Shown here: positions 30,149 through 39,932 of the stretch, in pieces
Layout: the number at the start of each line of letters is the position of its first letter
Position numbering within the stretch: the stretch's first letter is position 1
Origin: Candidatus Poribacteria bacterium
GTDB taxonomy: Bacteria; Poribacteria; WGA-4E; WGA-3G
Reading direction: 5' to 3'
NCBI GenBank assembly: GCA_965205025.1
Contig: CBDBFU010000020.1
Coordinates: forward strand, 32,001-96,000
DNA: 64,000 bases
Program-made: the position numbers and the translations under genes
The notes under the pieces: generated by a model
What the model was told of the DNA's origin: nothing
Databases searched by the model: none
What the model saw: the letters and a program-made list of their open reading frames with translations, nothing else

Positions 30149-30344
30149 ATTATTATAATTATATTGAGTAATTATTGATAATGCAAAAAATTGATGTATT
30201 ATTAGGTCTTAAGGTATATTATACAATTTTAATCTAAATTTAGATTGAATCAATAGGGTCTTAAACCATTGGTTTATAGTTTGCCATTATTGTGTATTCT
30301 GCATATAATAGTTGATAAGCATTAATGTTAAAATATCTTATAAT

Positions 30345-30490
30345 TAACGTCAGTTTGATAATAAAAAATGTCAGTTCGAAAAACAGAATTTTGTCCTGAA
30401 GATAGTCTTTGTAGCACAAACTATCCAGTTTGTGCACTCTGGTGTTAACTAAAAGATCAGGTTACAATGTGTCATATCAAACTCACGTTA
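30345..30490. mobile_element. MITE-like element with 16-bp terminal inverted repeats enclosing a GTAG hairpin
   Basis: TAACGTCAGTTTGATA / TATCAAACTCACGTTA (15/16 match); internal gtagcacaaactatccagtttgtgc; solo end at 55975-55990. Confidence 0.6.
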
Positions 30491-30528
30491 TAATATCTCT
30501 AATATTGATTGTAATCTAAGGAGAATAT

Positions 30529-31569
30529 ATGTATAAATGTGCAATTCTTGGGTGTCGTGGACGTGCTCGTGCACATGCACGTGCCTATGACAATGTTAAG
30601 GGTGGTAAACTGGTAGCTATCTGTGATATGAAAGAGGATTTACTTAACGATTTTGGTGATGAATTCGACATTGATTCACGGTATACAGATCTTGATGAAA
30701 TGTTGACTAAGGAAAAACCTGATCTATTGCATATTGTTACTGCACCTGTATTAAGGGGTAGTAATGAACGGATTCGTTACCCACTTTTAAATCAGGCATC
30801 TGAGCAGGGAGTTCCTTCAGTAATAATTGAAAAACCGATTGCTGTTGAAAGTGAAGATTGGAGACAAATCCATGAACTCTCAAAACAGACAAAAACAAAG
30901 ATTGCTATTAATACACAACTCAATTACCATCCCAAAAACCTTGAATTGAAGAACGATGTTGCTGAAGGTAAAATTGGTGCAATCAAATTTATTGAAGCAA
31001 GTGCTCGTAACCCACCCGTAGATCAAGCACCCCATGTACTTCAGTTAGTCTCCTCTTATATTGACAACTCTCAACCAGTTAGAGTAATGGGACAAATTGC
31101 TGGAGCAGGTAATTTAGATGGAGCTCAACCTTCCCCAGCAAACGCTACAGCAATAGTCACCTATGCCAACGGTATACAAGCATCTGTGGCTTTTGGTCCA
31201 GAAATGGCACCACGAGTTTTACCCAATACTGGTAATAATAGACATAAACGGGTTTGTGTCTTTGGAGAAACAGGTTTTGTTCATTGGCGTTTTGAAAGTT
31301 GGGAGCGTTGCACACCTGAAGGTGGGTATGAGGGAGGAAATCTGAGTTACGGTGACCAAAATGCGGTAGCACAAACAAATCTAACAGAAGCAGTCTTTGA
31401 TTGGCTTGAGGATGATAGCAAGGTTCACCCAACGAATTTACCGCAATCCTTGGCTGAGTTTAATTTACTCCTTGGCATCTATTATAGTGGTCTTACAAAT
31501 ACTGTTATAGAATTACCTTTTGATCCTCCTGACGGATTAATGGATATGTTCAGAGAGCAGCTTAAATAG
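30529..31569 (+). CDS. Gfo/Idh/MocA family oxidoreductase
   Basis: N-terminal Rossmann fold ILGCRGRA, IIEKP motif, AAGGAG RBS. Confidence 0.9.
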   Translation: MYKCAILGCRGRARAHARAYDNVKGGKLVAICDMKEDLLNDFGDEFDIDSRYTDLDEMLTKEKPDLLHIVTAPVLRGSNERIRYPLLNQASEQGVPSVIIEKPIAVESEDWRQIHELSKQTKTKIAINTQLNYHPKNLELKNDVAEGKIGAIKFIEASARNPPVDQAPHVLQLVSSYIDNSQPVRVMGQIAGAGNLDGAQPSPANATAIVTYANGIQASVAFGPEMAPRVLPNTGNNRHKRVCVFGETGFVHWRFESWERCTPEGGYEGGNLSYGDQNAVAQTNLTEAVFDWLEDDSKVHPTNLPQSLAEFNLLLGIYYSGLTNTVIELPFDPPDGLMDMFREQLK

Positions 31570-31611
31570 AAGTAGAAATACATCTGGACTTACTATATCA
31601 CCATAACCCAA

Positions 31612-32787
31612 GTGATAGGAAAAATTACTGTGGATAATAAAGTAATTTACATGGATAACCATGCGACAACACCAATTGCACCAGAAGTATTGGAAGTTAT
31701 GTTGCCATTTTACACAACCCATTTTGGGAATGCAGCAAGTACACATCTCTTTGGTATCAAGGCAAAGGAGGCAGTCGAGAAAGCACGAGAACAAGTTGCT
31801 GATTTACTAGGATGTAAGCCAAAAGAGGTAATTTTTACAAGTGGTGCAACTGAATCCAACAATCTTGCAATTAGAGGAGTTGCTTACGCATATAAGGATA
31901 AAGGGAACCACATAATTACGAGTGCAGTTGAACATCATGCAATACTTGATACATGTCATGCTTTAGAGACTGAGGGTTTTGAAATTACTTACTTACCAGT
32001 TGATAGATACGGTATGGTAGATCCGGATGATGTATATGCAGCTTTAACTACTAAGACAATTTTGATTAGTATAATTTATGCAAATAACGAAGTTGGAACG
32101 ATCAATCCATTGAGAGATATTGCCAATATAGCATCAAAAAATAATGTCTTCTTCCATTCAGATGCTGTTCAGGGTATTGGTAAGATTGAATCGAATATGG
32201 ATGTTTTAGGTCTTGATTTAGCATCTATGACTGCCCATAAAATCTATGGACCAAAGGGGGTAGGTGCATTATATTTAAGAGAAGGAATTGATCTTCACCC
32301 ACTTTTTTATGGTGGAGGACAGGAAAACGGTATCCGTTCTGGTACACTGAACGTTGGTGGGATTGTTGGATTGGGTGCTGCATGTGAAAGTTGTAGTAGT
32401 GCGATGAAAGAGAAAATCGAGGAAAAAGTTGTTTGGGATTTACGGGATACATTACACAAGAAATTAGTTTCTCAAATACCAGATATCCATCTTAATGGAC
32501 ATCCTGAAAAAAGACTTGCTGGTAACCTACACATTTCATTTGAAAGAGTACAAAACCAAGCATTGATGATGGGACTTGACAATATCGCAGTTTCTGCTGG
32601 TTCAGCATGCGATTCAGAATCTGTTACCCCATCCCATGTCTTATCTGCAATGGGTGTACCGAATGAATTGGCATTGACGGCAGTCCGTTTTGGTGTAGGA
32701 CGGTATAATACTTCAGAGGAAATAGAAATTGTAGTAGATGAAGTTGAAAAGACAGTTAGAAGACTTCGTTCTTTAGCACCAGAATAG
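31612..32787 (+). CDS. iscS: Cysteine desulfurase (IscS/NifS group I)
   Basis: YMDNHATTP, FTSGATESNN, TAHKIYGPKG, SAGSAC. Confidence 0.92.
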   Translation: MIGKITVDNKVIYMDNHATTPIAPEVLEVMLPFYTTHFGNAASTHLFGIKAKEAVEKAREQVADLLGCKPKEVIFTSGATESNNLAIRGVAYAYKDKGNHIITSAVEHHAILDTCHALETEGFEITYLPVDRYGMVDPDDVYAALTTKTILISIIYANNEVGTINPLRDIANIASKNNVFFHSDAVQGIGKIESNMDVLGLDLASMTAHKIYGPKGVGALYLREGIDLHPLFYGGGQENGIRSGTLNVGGIVGLGAACESCSSAMKEKIEEKVVWDLRDTLHKKLVSQIPDIHLNGHPEKRLAGNLHISFERVQNQALMMGLDNIAVSAGSACDSESVTPSHVLSAMGVPNELALTAVRFGVGRYNTSEEIEIVVDEVEKTVRRLRSLAPE

Positions 32788-32796
32788 GAGATCCTC

Positions 32797-33369
32797 ATGA
32801 CATCAATTGCAGCGCAAACATTACTAACTTCTGATGAATACATTTCTGCTGAAAGGAAGGCTACACTCAAAAGCGAATATCTCAGTGGTGAGATTGTAGC
32901 AAGGTCAGGAGCAAGTCATGAACATAATTTAATCACTATGAATACAGCTACAAGTCTGTATAATCAATTATCTAATCAAGGATGTATGGTATATTCAAGT
33001 GATATGCGCGTAGGGAGTGATAATGGAGATTCCTATTTATATCCAGATGTTTCAGTTGTTTGTGAAAGACCTCGTTTTGAGGACGATGTCCTTGATACAC
33101 TTCTAAATCCAATTATTGTTATAGAAGTGCTTTCACACTCAACCGAGGAATATGACAGAGGAGAGAAGGCTGAACGTTATAAGAAATTGGAATCACTTAA
33201 AGAATATATACTTATTTCACAGGATCGGCTAAACGTTGAACATTACACTGTTAAGGATGGAATATGGTCAGTAAAAGAACTTAACGACCTGAATGATTCT
33301 CTAAGACTAACCTCAGTAGATGCTAAACTAAAACTACAACATCTGTATAGATTTGTAGAGTTTGAATAA
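32797..33369 (+). CDS. Uma2 family PD-(D/E)xK endonuclease
   Basis: KSEYLSGEI, YPDVSVVC, IEVLSHST, EYILISQD. Confidence 0.92.
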   Translation: MTSIAAQTLLTSDEYISAERKATLKSEYLSGEIVARSGASHEHNLITMNTATSLYNQLSNQGCMVYSSDMRVGSDNGDSYLYPDVSVVCERPRFEDDVLDTLLNPIIVIEVLSHSTEEYDRGEKAERYKKLESLKEYILISQDRLNVEHYTVKDGIWSVKELNDLNDSLRLTSVDAKLKLQHLYRFVEFE

Positions 33370-33379
33370 TATACTCACA

Positions 33380-34264
33380 TTATTCAGAAAGTTCCATAAT
33401 TGCAATTCCTTGCTCCCCTGCCACTGAATACAGAAGCCATTTCCTACCATCTTCACAATATATATCTGGATCTCTCAATTGATGTACCCGTTCTCTATCC
33501 AATCCGTTAGTGGATGGGACAATGGGTATATCAACACCTTCAAAATCATATTTGGGTGCTATAACCTCAATCGGTGGAGATGGTGTCCAATCATTCCAAT
33601 CTTCAGTAAGTTCAACAGTACTTTTCAAAATCCGTTCTGGTGTATCTCCATAGAGTGAATAGTATACTGTCAAAGTATCTCCATCAAGATAGTTGGCTGT
33701 ATGGCGCGGAGTTCCATCCCTACCCTTTCCAATAAATAAAGGTGTTTCACGTCTTTCAAAAACTGTCGTCCATTCTGCTGTTTTACCACGGTTAAGCAAG
33801 TTGTGATTTGTAGCATATATTGTATCGTTCCACCAAAACACCTTAAAATATGGACCTTGTTGCTTTTCTAAGGATTCGGATGCAGAGAAATCCAAACCAT
33901 TCTCTGATGTTGCCCAACATGTGGCTTGACCTCCCCGGTAATTTCCATGGAAGTACATGATGAATTTTTTGTTATCCTCATCTATATGCACATCTGGGGA
34001 TGCAATATGATCACAACCTTTGAAGACGGTGTTATCTCTATGGAGCGCACCGCCAGGATAAACAGTATACGGTCCAATAATATCATCTGCATAAGCTAAT
34101 CGTATATAAGATCCACGATGGTGTGCAAAATATAGATAGTATTTACCCAATGGGTTTTCAATCCAATCAGGTACACGTACAAGTGATGGACCATTTATAT
34201 TTGGAAATCCGTGTTCATTTTCTATATTAGGCATTTCTGGATGAATGAGTAGTGTACGTTCCAT
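33380..34264 (-). CDS. Five-bladed beta-propeller glycoside hydrolase-like protein
   Basis: INGPSL, YYLYFAHH, HIASPDV, LRDPDIY, LLYSVAGE. Confidence 0.7.
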   Translation of the reverse strand: MERTLLIHPEMPNIENEHGFPNINGPSLVRVPDWIENPLGKYYLYFAHHRGSYIRLAYADDIIGPYTVYPGGALHRDNTVFKGCDHIASPDVHIDEDNKKFIMYFHGNYRGGQATCWATSENGLDFSASESLEKQQGPYFKVFWWNDTIYATNHNLLNRGKTAEWTTVFERRETPLFIGKGRDGTPRHTANYLDGDTLTVYYSLYGDTPERILKSTVELTEDWNDWTPSPPIEVIAPKYDFEGVDIPIVPSTNGLDRERVHQLRDPDIYCEDGRKWLLYSVAGEQGIAIMELSE

Positions 34265-34288
34265 GTTTATCCTCTAAATCTAAAATCT

Positions 34289-35104
34289 TTAATCATGTGC
34301 TTGAAAACGGTATACCGATTGTGTTTCTTCTGACATTGTTGACCAAATTTCTTCTGGAATACGCGCATTAAAAATACCGGGGGCATTCGGTGAATGATGG
34401 AATCTTCTAAAATAAACTAATGCCAACATATGTCTTGGAGAATCTGTCGTATTCGGCATTGCTCTGTGCCAACACCGCATATCTCGTACAACGACGGACC
34501 CGGCTGGCATGGTTAACTGAAATGAAGGATGTTGGGCTGCACGTGCTTCATCACATACATGGTAAGGGGTATTCCTAACATCATCATCATCTATAATAAG
34601 ATGTGATCCGGGCCAAACTTCAGTTGCACCATTCTCCACAGTAAAATCTGTTAGTGGTATATTTACAACGATTGTTGTTACAGGTAGCGCGAATGATAAT
34701 TCTGGGAAGAGTTGACCAGAATCTCGATGAATCCACTGTATCTCATTACCTGGTGCAGTTGAATTACACCCATAGGGTAGATAGGCAAAAAACTGTTCTC
34801 CCATGGCTTCCTTCATTATTGCCATTGAAAAAGGATTACTGATGATACGGGGATCCATAAACGGCATCTTAAGCATCGGATTTACACCGTTCTCATCTTC
34901 ATTCTCTCCATCCATCACTGCTTGCATAGCCGTATTAACTTCTTCTATCCAGTCTCGGGGCAATACACTTTCAATAACGACTAATCCAGCTTCACGTAGA
35001 AGACGTACACCAGCATCAATTGAATCTTGAGATAAGTAATTTCCTATTCGTTCCTGATCTGAAATTTCAAGTCTTGGAATGTTTACAGTTGTTCCTTTAC
35101 ACAT
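34289..35104 (-). CDS. PhyH family Fe(II)/2-oxoglutarate dioxygenase
   Basis: QWIHRD, NGATEVWPGSH, WHRAMPN. Confidence 0.9.
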   Translation of the reverse strand: MCKGTTVNIPRLEISDQERIGNYLSQDSIDAGVRLLREAGLVVIESVLPRDWIEEVNTAMQAVMDGENEDENGVNPMLKMPFMDPRIISNPFSMAIMKEAMGEQFFAYLPYGCNSTAPGNEIQWIHRDSGQLFPELSFALPVTTIVVNIPLTDFTVENGATEVWPGSHLIIDDDDVRNTPYHVCDEARAAQHPSFQLTMPAGSVVVRDMRCWHRAMPNTTDSPRHMLALVYFRRFHHSPNAPGIFNARIPEEIWSTMSEETQSVYRFQAHD

Positions 35105-35864
35105 TGCTTTCTTCTTCCGTTAATTCATTGGGTGATAGGTTAAGACTTTGGTGAATTGCATGACTGACAATGTTGCATTTTGATATTGCAATTTCTACAT
35201 TTTCTCCAGTTGCTGACTTTCCCGGATATCGAAAGTTTACTGCATGATTTGATAGAGTTGAAAGATCTGATTTCCAGGAATTCCATTCAGGTATATAGGG
35301 TATTATTAGATCCAATAGATCTTCTAACTTGTGTGTTCTTGGAATTGGAATATTCTTTTCTTGGAGCCATGCTTTTAAGTACTTCTCGATGCATTGTTGC
35401 GCATGGAAACAGATAATATTTTTACTTGAAATTTCATTCTGATACAATAACTTAACTGTTGTGTAATTTTCTTCTGCTTTTTCTACCCATTCTAATGTCA
35501 AAGGATTCATATTAGTTTTTTCATTTTTATTATTTATTTCTATCGTGTTGATATCCCCGTAAAGGATTTCCCCTCTTTCTGTGATTTCACGTAAGAACCA
35601 GTCGTTATGTGAAATTCGAAATGAGATCTCATCTTGTGATCTTACCAATAAATCCATACTAAAACGTCGTGGAATTCGTTTACGTATTTCCGATGTCTTA
35701 CGACTCGTTTCAGATGCAGGAATATCCATAACTACTAACATATCCACATCAGAATCTTCAGTCGGAATACCATAAGCATAAGATCCAAAAAGGATCACAT
35801 GCAATGGAGAAAATTCCCTTACAATGTCATCACAGGTGGCTTGAATATCTTCTTGACTGACCAT
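35097..35864 (-). CDS. Fused minimal nucleotidyltransferase (MNT) + HEPN domain protein
   Basis: LFGSYAYG...DSDVD (MNT), then EWVEKAE...CFHAQQCIEKYLKA...RTHKL...RYPG (HEPN) in a single frame. Confidence 0.88.
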   Translation of the reverse strand: MVSQEDIQATCDDIVREFSPLHVILFGSYAYGIPTEDSDVDMLVVMDIPASETSRKTSEIRKRIPRRFSMDLLVRSQDEISFRISHNDWFLREITERGEILYGDINTIEINNKNEKTNMNPLTLEWVEKAEENYTTVKLLYQNEISSKNIICFHAQQCIEKYLKAWLQEKNIPIPRTHKLEDLLDLIIPYIPEWNSWKSDLSTLSNHAVNFRYPGKSATGENVEIAISKCNIVSHAIHQSLNLSPNELTEEESNV

Positions 35865-36087
35865 ACATTGTCTCCCATTTGAGAGTATACCATTAAGAGA
35901 TAAGGGTGTCAACGATGGGATAATCTATGTATGTGTAAGGTCCTTATGACACAACAAGTCATGTGAAGTGTTCAAAGGATATTTCGTCTGAACTTGCATA
36001 ATACTTATTAATTTTGTCAAATTTGTGTTGTATTAACATATTGTTTTATGTAAAATTTACAATTATTTACTGTTTAGGAGCAATTGA

Positions 36088-36876
36088 ATGACACCTGAAG
36101 TGGCTATTGAAAAACGTGAACAGATGCTTCGTGACGGATTTTGTGTAGTTGAAGATGTTCTATCTGATGAATTCTTACAAGAACTGCACGATGAATCAGA
36201 AAGATTAATTGCAGCACATACTGAACCAGCGGAAATGGTATACCAAGGGCAACATGTCAATGTAAATGGGGCTGATAACCCGTATATTAAAAGATTATTA
36301 GAATGGCAACCTTCTCGTGATGCACTTGAAGACCTCGGTTTTGGTGATTTCGCTGCATCAGGGGGTATTATCATACTAACAAAAGAAGCAGGTGGACCTC
36401 CACTCTATTGGCATCAAGATTGGATGCGTTGGAATGATCCACTTAGTTGTACCCCCTGGCCACAGACTATCTTTCTAAACTATTACTTGTCAGACACATC
36501 ACGGGAAAATGGGTGTTTAAAGGTAATTCCCGGTACACATCTAAAGAGAATTGATCTACACAATCAACTTGTACCTGCACATGAACAAGGTGCACGGTTT
36601 ATTCAAGAAGATCATCCAATAATGTTTTGTGATCACCCAGATCAAGTGGAAATTTCTGCTAAAGCTGGTTCTTTGGTTATGGCAGATGCTCGATTATTAC
36701 ATGCTGCACATAATAATCTTACTGATACACGAAGAACTTTGATCTTAGCATGGCATAGTAGACCAAACACTATTCCAGAATATTGGGATAAAGAGATTCC
36801 TGAAATTATTGCAAATAGAGATGAGAATGGAAACTATCCGGGTTCACGTATTCCAGGTGAGCTTTTACAACCATAA
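36088..36876 (+). CDS. PhyH family dioxygenase
   Basis: YWHQD, NGCLKVIPGTH, LLHAAHNN. Confidence 0.9.
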   Translation: MTPEVAIEKREQMLRDGFCVVEDVLSDEFLQELHDESERLIAAHTEPAEMVYQGQHVNVNGADNPYIKRLLEWQPSRDALEDLGFGDFAASGGIIILTKEAGGPPLYWHQDWMRWNDPLSCTPWPQTIFLNYYLSDTSRENGCLKVIPGTHLKRIDLHNQLVPAHEQGARFIQEDHPIMFCDHPDQVEISAKAGSLVMADARLLHAAHNNLTDTRRTLILAWHSRPNTIPEYWDKEIPEIIANRDENGNYPGSRIPGELLQP

Positions 36877-36975
36877 GATATTCAATCACTGTGAGTTAGT
36901 TTTTGACGTTGTTCCACATCAAAAATTGAGTGTTTTATGGGCAAATATGAAGACATTTTACTAAGGAGTTAAGAA

Positions 36976-37791
36976 ATGAGAAAATACCAAATTAGTAAGT
37001 ATTCTATATTAATTCTTATATGGATGGGGGTATCATTCAATGTATATGGAATAAATTTGGACTCAACAGATCTTGTTGTATACTACAGTTTTGATGCGGA
37101 TACACGTAATGGAACGGACTTTTTAGATGAATCTGGAAATGAAAACCACGGTTTTGTGCAAGGCAACAATATAAAGAACGTTGAAGGGCAGGTCAACGAA
37201 GCAGTAGAGTTTCCTGGATTAGGTGGACAGTATATTGCTGTTCGAAATATACTATATTCTGAAGGTATACCTAAACTAAGTATATCTGTTTGGATAAAAA
37301 CCCCACAGAAAGGGTTAATCTCATCTTGGGATCGTAGTGAATTTTTTCGATTTGGTGTGGGGGATGACCAACTTGGGAATGAAACCTTGGTTGCTTTTGA
37401 TATTTGTTGTCCAATATCCGATTGGCATGGTAACATTGAGGTAACAGACGATGAATGGCACCATATTGTCGTTACATTTGACGGTGAGAAAAAACGAATA
37501 TTTGTTGATGGGGAATTAGATGCTGAAGAACCAGTGCATGTGGCATTTATCGGTCCAAAAGCACAACGTTTTGGTTTTATAGGCGTTGGTTCTGAAGCAA
37601 CAGATTTTAATGGTCTACGGGGTCCTACCACTTTTCCTTTCAAGGGTTTGATGGACGAGTATATGATGTTCCATCGGGCATTGACTGAGAAAGAAGTAGA
37701 AAAACTTGCTAATACTCTGGGAAATCCGTTCCTTGTTGAACCAAAAAATAAGATAACGACAGTATGGGGTAGCATCAAGAAATTACAATAG
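36976..37791 (+). CDS. Secreted LamG / concanavalin A-like protein
   Basis: YYSFD, DESGN, WHHIVVTFDG, FKGLMDE, C-terminal VEPKNKITTVWG. Confidence 0.9.
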   Translation: MRKYQISKYSILILIWMGVSFNVYGINLDSTDLVVYYSFDADTRNGTDFLDESGNENHGFVQGNNIKNVEGQVNEAVEFPGLGGQYIAVRNILYSEGIPKLSISVWIKTPQKGLISSWDRSEFFRFGVGDDQLGNETLVAFDICCPISDWHGNIEVTDDEWHHIVVTFDGEKKRIFVDGELDAEEPVHVAFIGPKAQRFGFIGVGSEATDFNGLRGPTTFPFKGLMDEYMMFHRALTEKEVEKLANTLGNPFLVEPKNKITTVWGSIKKLQ

Positions 37792-37841
37792 AAAATCTAT
37801 GCACTATTGCTATTCTAATCACTTATGCTTCCCTAAGAAAT

Positions 37842-38618
37842 TTACTCATCGTTTGATGTTAATACCTCTTGAATCCCAGGATATTCTCGCCAGATGTCTG
37901 TATAACAATCATATCCATTTTCATTGCAGTCTACATGTCGAAGACGAAATATAACAGCATATCTAATGTCAGCAGAAGCGTTTTGTGCAGCAGAATGGAC
38001 AACCTGATGATGGGTTAATACCACATCTCCAGCATTACCAGTAATTTGTTTCGGTTCTTCTGGTAGATCAGGACGCGGCATGCCGTCAGCTAATACCTCA
38101 TGCCCTTCCTTTTCAAAATAGTCAGCAAAGAAAGAGTGTGATTTTGGCCATACAGTAAAATTTCCACTATTCGTTTCTGGTACATCTGCAAGATATACAA
38201 CAGCTAATGCAGAAAACCCTCGTTTGTAAACACCTTTTGGCATCCCGTTAGATCCACTACCCAATCCATCCAAATGTCCACTTGGTGCATTCGCATCACG
38301 GTCCAACGGCATTGGGAATCTTAATGCAATTTGGGCAGAACCGGGTGTTTGCACATTTCCTTCACCTAATAAAGATTCAGCGATATTCTGTACTGGTGTT
38401 TTGCGGTATATATCTACTATTTGAGGTGCATTTTGTATCTCATTGCAATAAGATTGTGCTCTGAACTTTTCTAAGTCCCCTTCATGCATACCAACTGCCC
38501 CTATTGAATGGTTAATTAATTTACGAGCGGAATCAACCATTAACTTTGGTACAGCACCAGGAACAGTAATATACCCATTTTCATGAAATTCTAACTTCTG
38601 TTTCTGTGTTAACATCAT
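37842..38618 (-). CDS. PhyH family dioxygenase
   Basis: FHENGY, GHLD, GNFTVWPKSH, VVHSAAQN. Confidence 0.88.
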   Translation of the reverse strand: MMLTQKQKLEFHENGYITVPGAVPKLMVDSARKLINHSIGAVGMHEGDLEKFRAQSYCNEIQNAPQIVDIYRKTPVQNIAESLLGEGNVQTPGSAQIALRFPMPLDRDANAPSGHLDGLGSGSNGMPKGVYKRGFSALAVVYLADVPETNSGNFTVWPKSHSFFADYFEKEGHEVLADGMPRPDLPEEPKQITGNAGDVVLTHHQVVHSAAQNASADIRYAVIFRLRHVDCNENGYDCYTDIWREYPGIQEVLTSNDE

Positions 38619-38710
38619 ACTCTCCAAAATGAGTTATTATGAATTCAATATACTGATTAGACAAATTATTTTCTTAATTCGTTTAAATAAAATTCTGAAG
38701 CAAAGGAAGG

Positions 38711-39880
38711 CTATTTTAACCAATGATGAAAGACAATCTTCTCACCAATTGGTTCAATGACTCGTAGTAGTACTCTACCATCGTTTAGAAAATCAACGGA
38801 CATAAAACCGGTATGTTGATGGGCAAAAAGTGTATTCTCACCATGGGAAACTGGGGTTGCTTTCTCTGTAGATCCAAGTCCACTTATGAGTAAATAATCT
38901 GTAATATCGTCTTTAAGTACTTGTAGTGAATGATCATGACCGGAGGCATATATTAACAATGATGTCTGATTGGATTCTGAGAATGCATGGTTCAACTGTT
39001 TCACCATCTTTTTATATCTTTTTCCATTTAAATCTTGAGGATAGTCTACTATATACCAACGAGATAGTGGGACTATTGATCCAAGAATTGGAATAGGCAA
39101 CCATAGCCACTTCTTATACATTCTGCCAGGGAAAATGTGATCTTTCCAATCAAAGAAACCACCGTGGGGTCCATAACTTTCAATCGGATGATGTCCAACA
39201 ACTATAACCGGTAAATCCGTATTTAATAAAGTCTTTAGTTCTGATATGACAGATTCATAAGATTCACTTGAATGAGGGTTTTCCTGTAACCACCATTGTG
39301 TATCCAAGACAATTAAACGAAGAGTAGGTGAAGCTTTCGGAAGGTCAACTGGAACTGGACCTGGGGTTCCCTCTATTGGAAGAAATTTTGGGTTTTGTGT
39401 TAATACATTATTTATGTAATTTTGCTGTTTGAGAATTGCTTGATACCCCTCATCTTTACCACTTGCCCAATCATGATTACCAGGTATAAATAAGCCATGT
39501 GCATTGGATGATGTAATTACATCTAATTGCGGTAGTAATTTCTCTTCTACCTCATCCCGTCTTTCTTCTGTCATCCCATCAGGATACATATTATCTCCTA
39601 AAAAGACAACCGTAGTTCGATCTGACGCTTTTGACGTCCAATTCTTTAGTGATTTTAAAACGGGTTCATTAGGTTTTGGCTGTCCTGCATCTCCAATTAG
39701 TACGATGCGGTAGAGTAAGGAGGAATTCGTTTGAGTTTCTGTTTTCGCAGCTAACGATATTTCTGGATGATAATAAGGTGTGGTATGGCTACACCCAACA
39801 AAGGAAAGGTATACAATCTGAACGATGAAGCCGAGTAATAGATAACTCCATATAATACGAGAACGTCTGTTTGAAATCAT
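38711..39880 (-). CDS. Exported calcineurin-like metallophosphoesterase
   Basis: IGDAG, LGDNMY, PGNHDW, GHHP, SGHDHSL. Confidence 0.9.
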   Translation of the reverse strand: MISNRRSRIIWSYLLLGFIVQIVYLSFVGCSHTTPYYHPEISLAAKTETQTNSSLLYRIVLIGDAGQPKPNEPVLKSLKNWTSKASDRTTVVFLGDNMYPDGMTEERRDEVEEKLLPQLDVITSSNAHGLFIPGNHDWASGKDEGYQAILKQQNYINNVLTQNPKFLPIEGTPGPVPVDLPKASPTLRLIVLDTQWWLQENPHSSESYESVISELKTLLNTDLPVIVVGHHPIESYGPHGGFFDWKDHIFPGRMYKKWLWLPIPILGSIVPLSRWYIVDYPQDLNGKRYKKMVKQLNHAFSESNQTSLLIYASGHDHSLQVLKDDITDYLLISGLGSTEKATPVSHGENTLFAHQHTGFMSVDFLNDGRVLLRVIEPIGEKIVFHHWLK

Positions 39881-39932
39881 TGTAGTAGTATAAAGAAAGT
39901 TTTAACTCAGTAATGTGGATATATAATGAATT

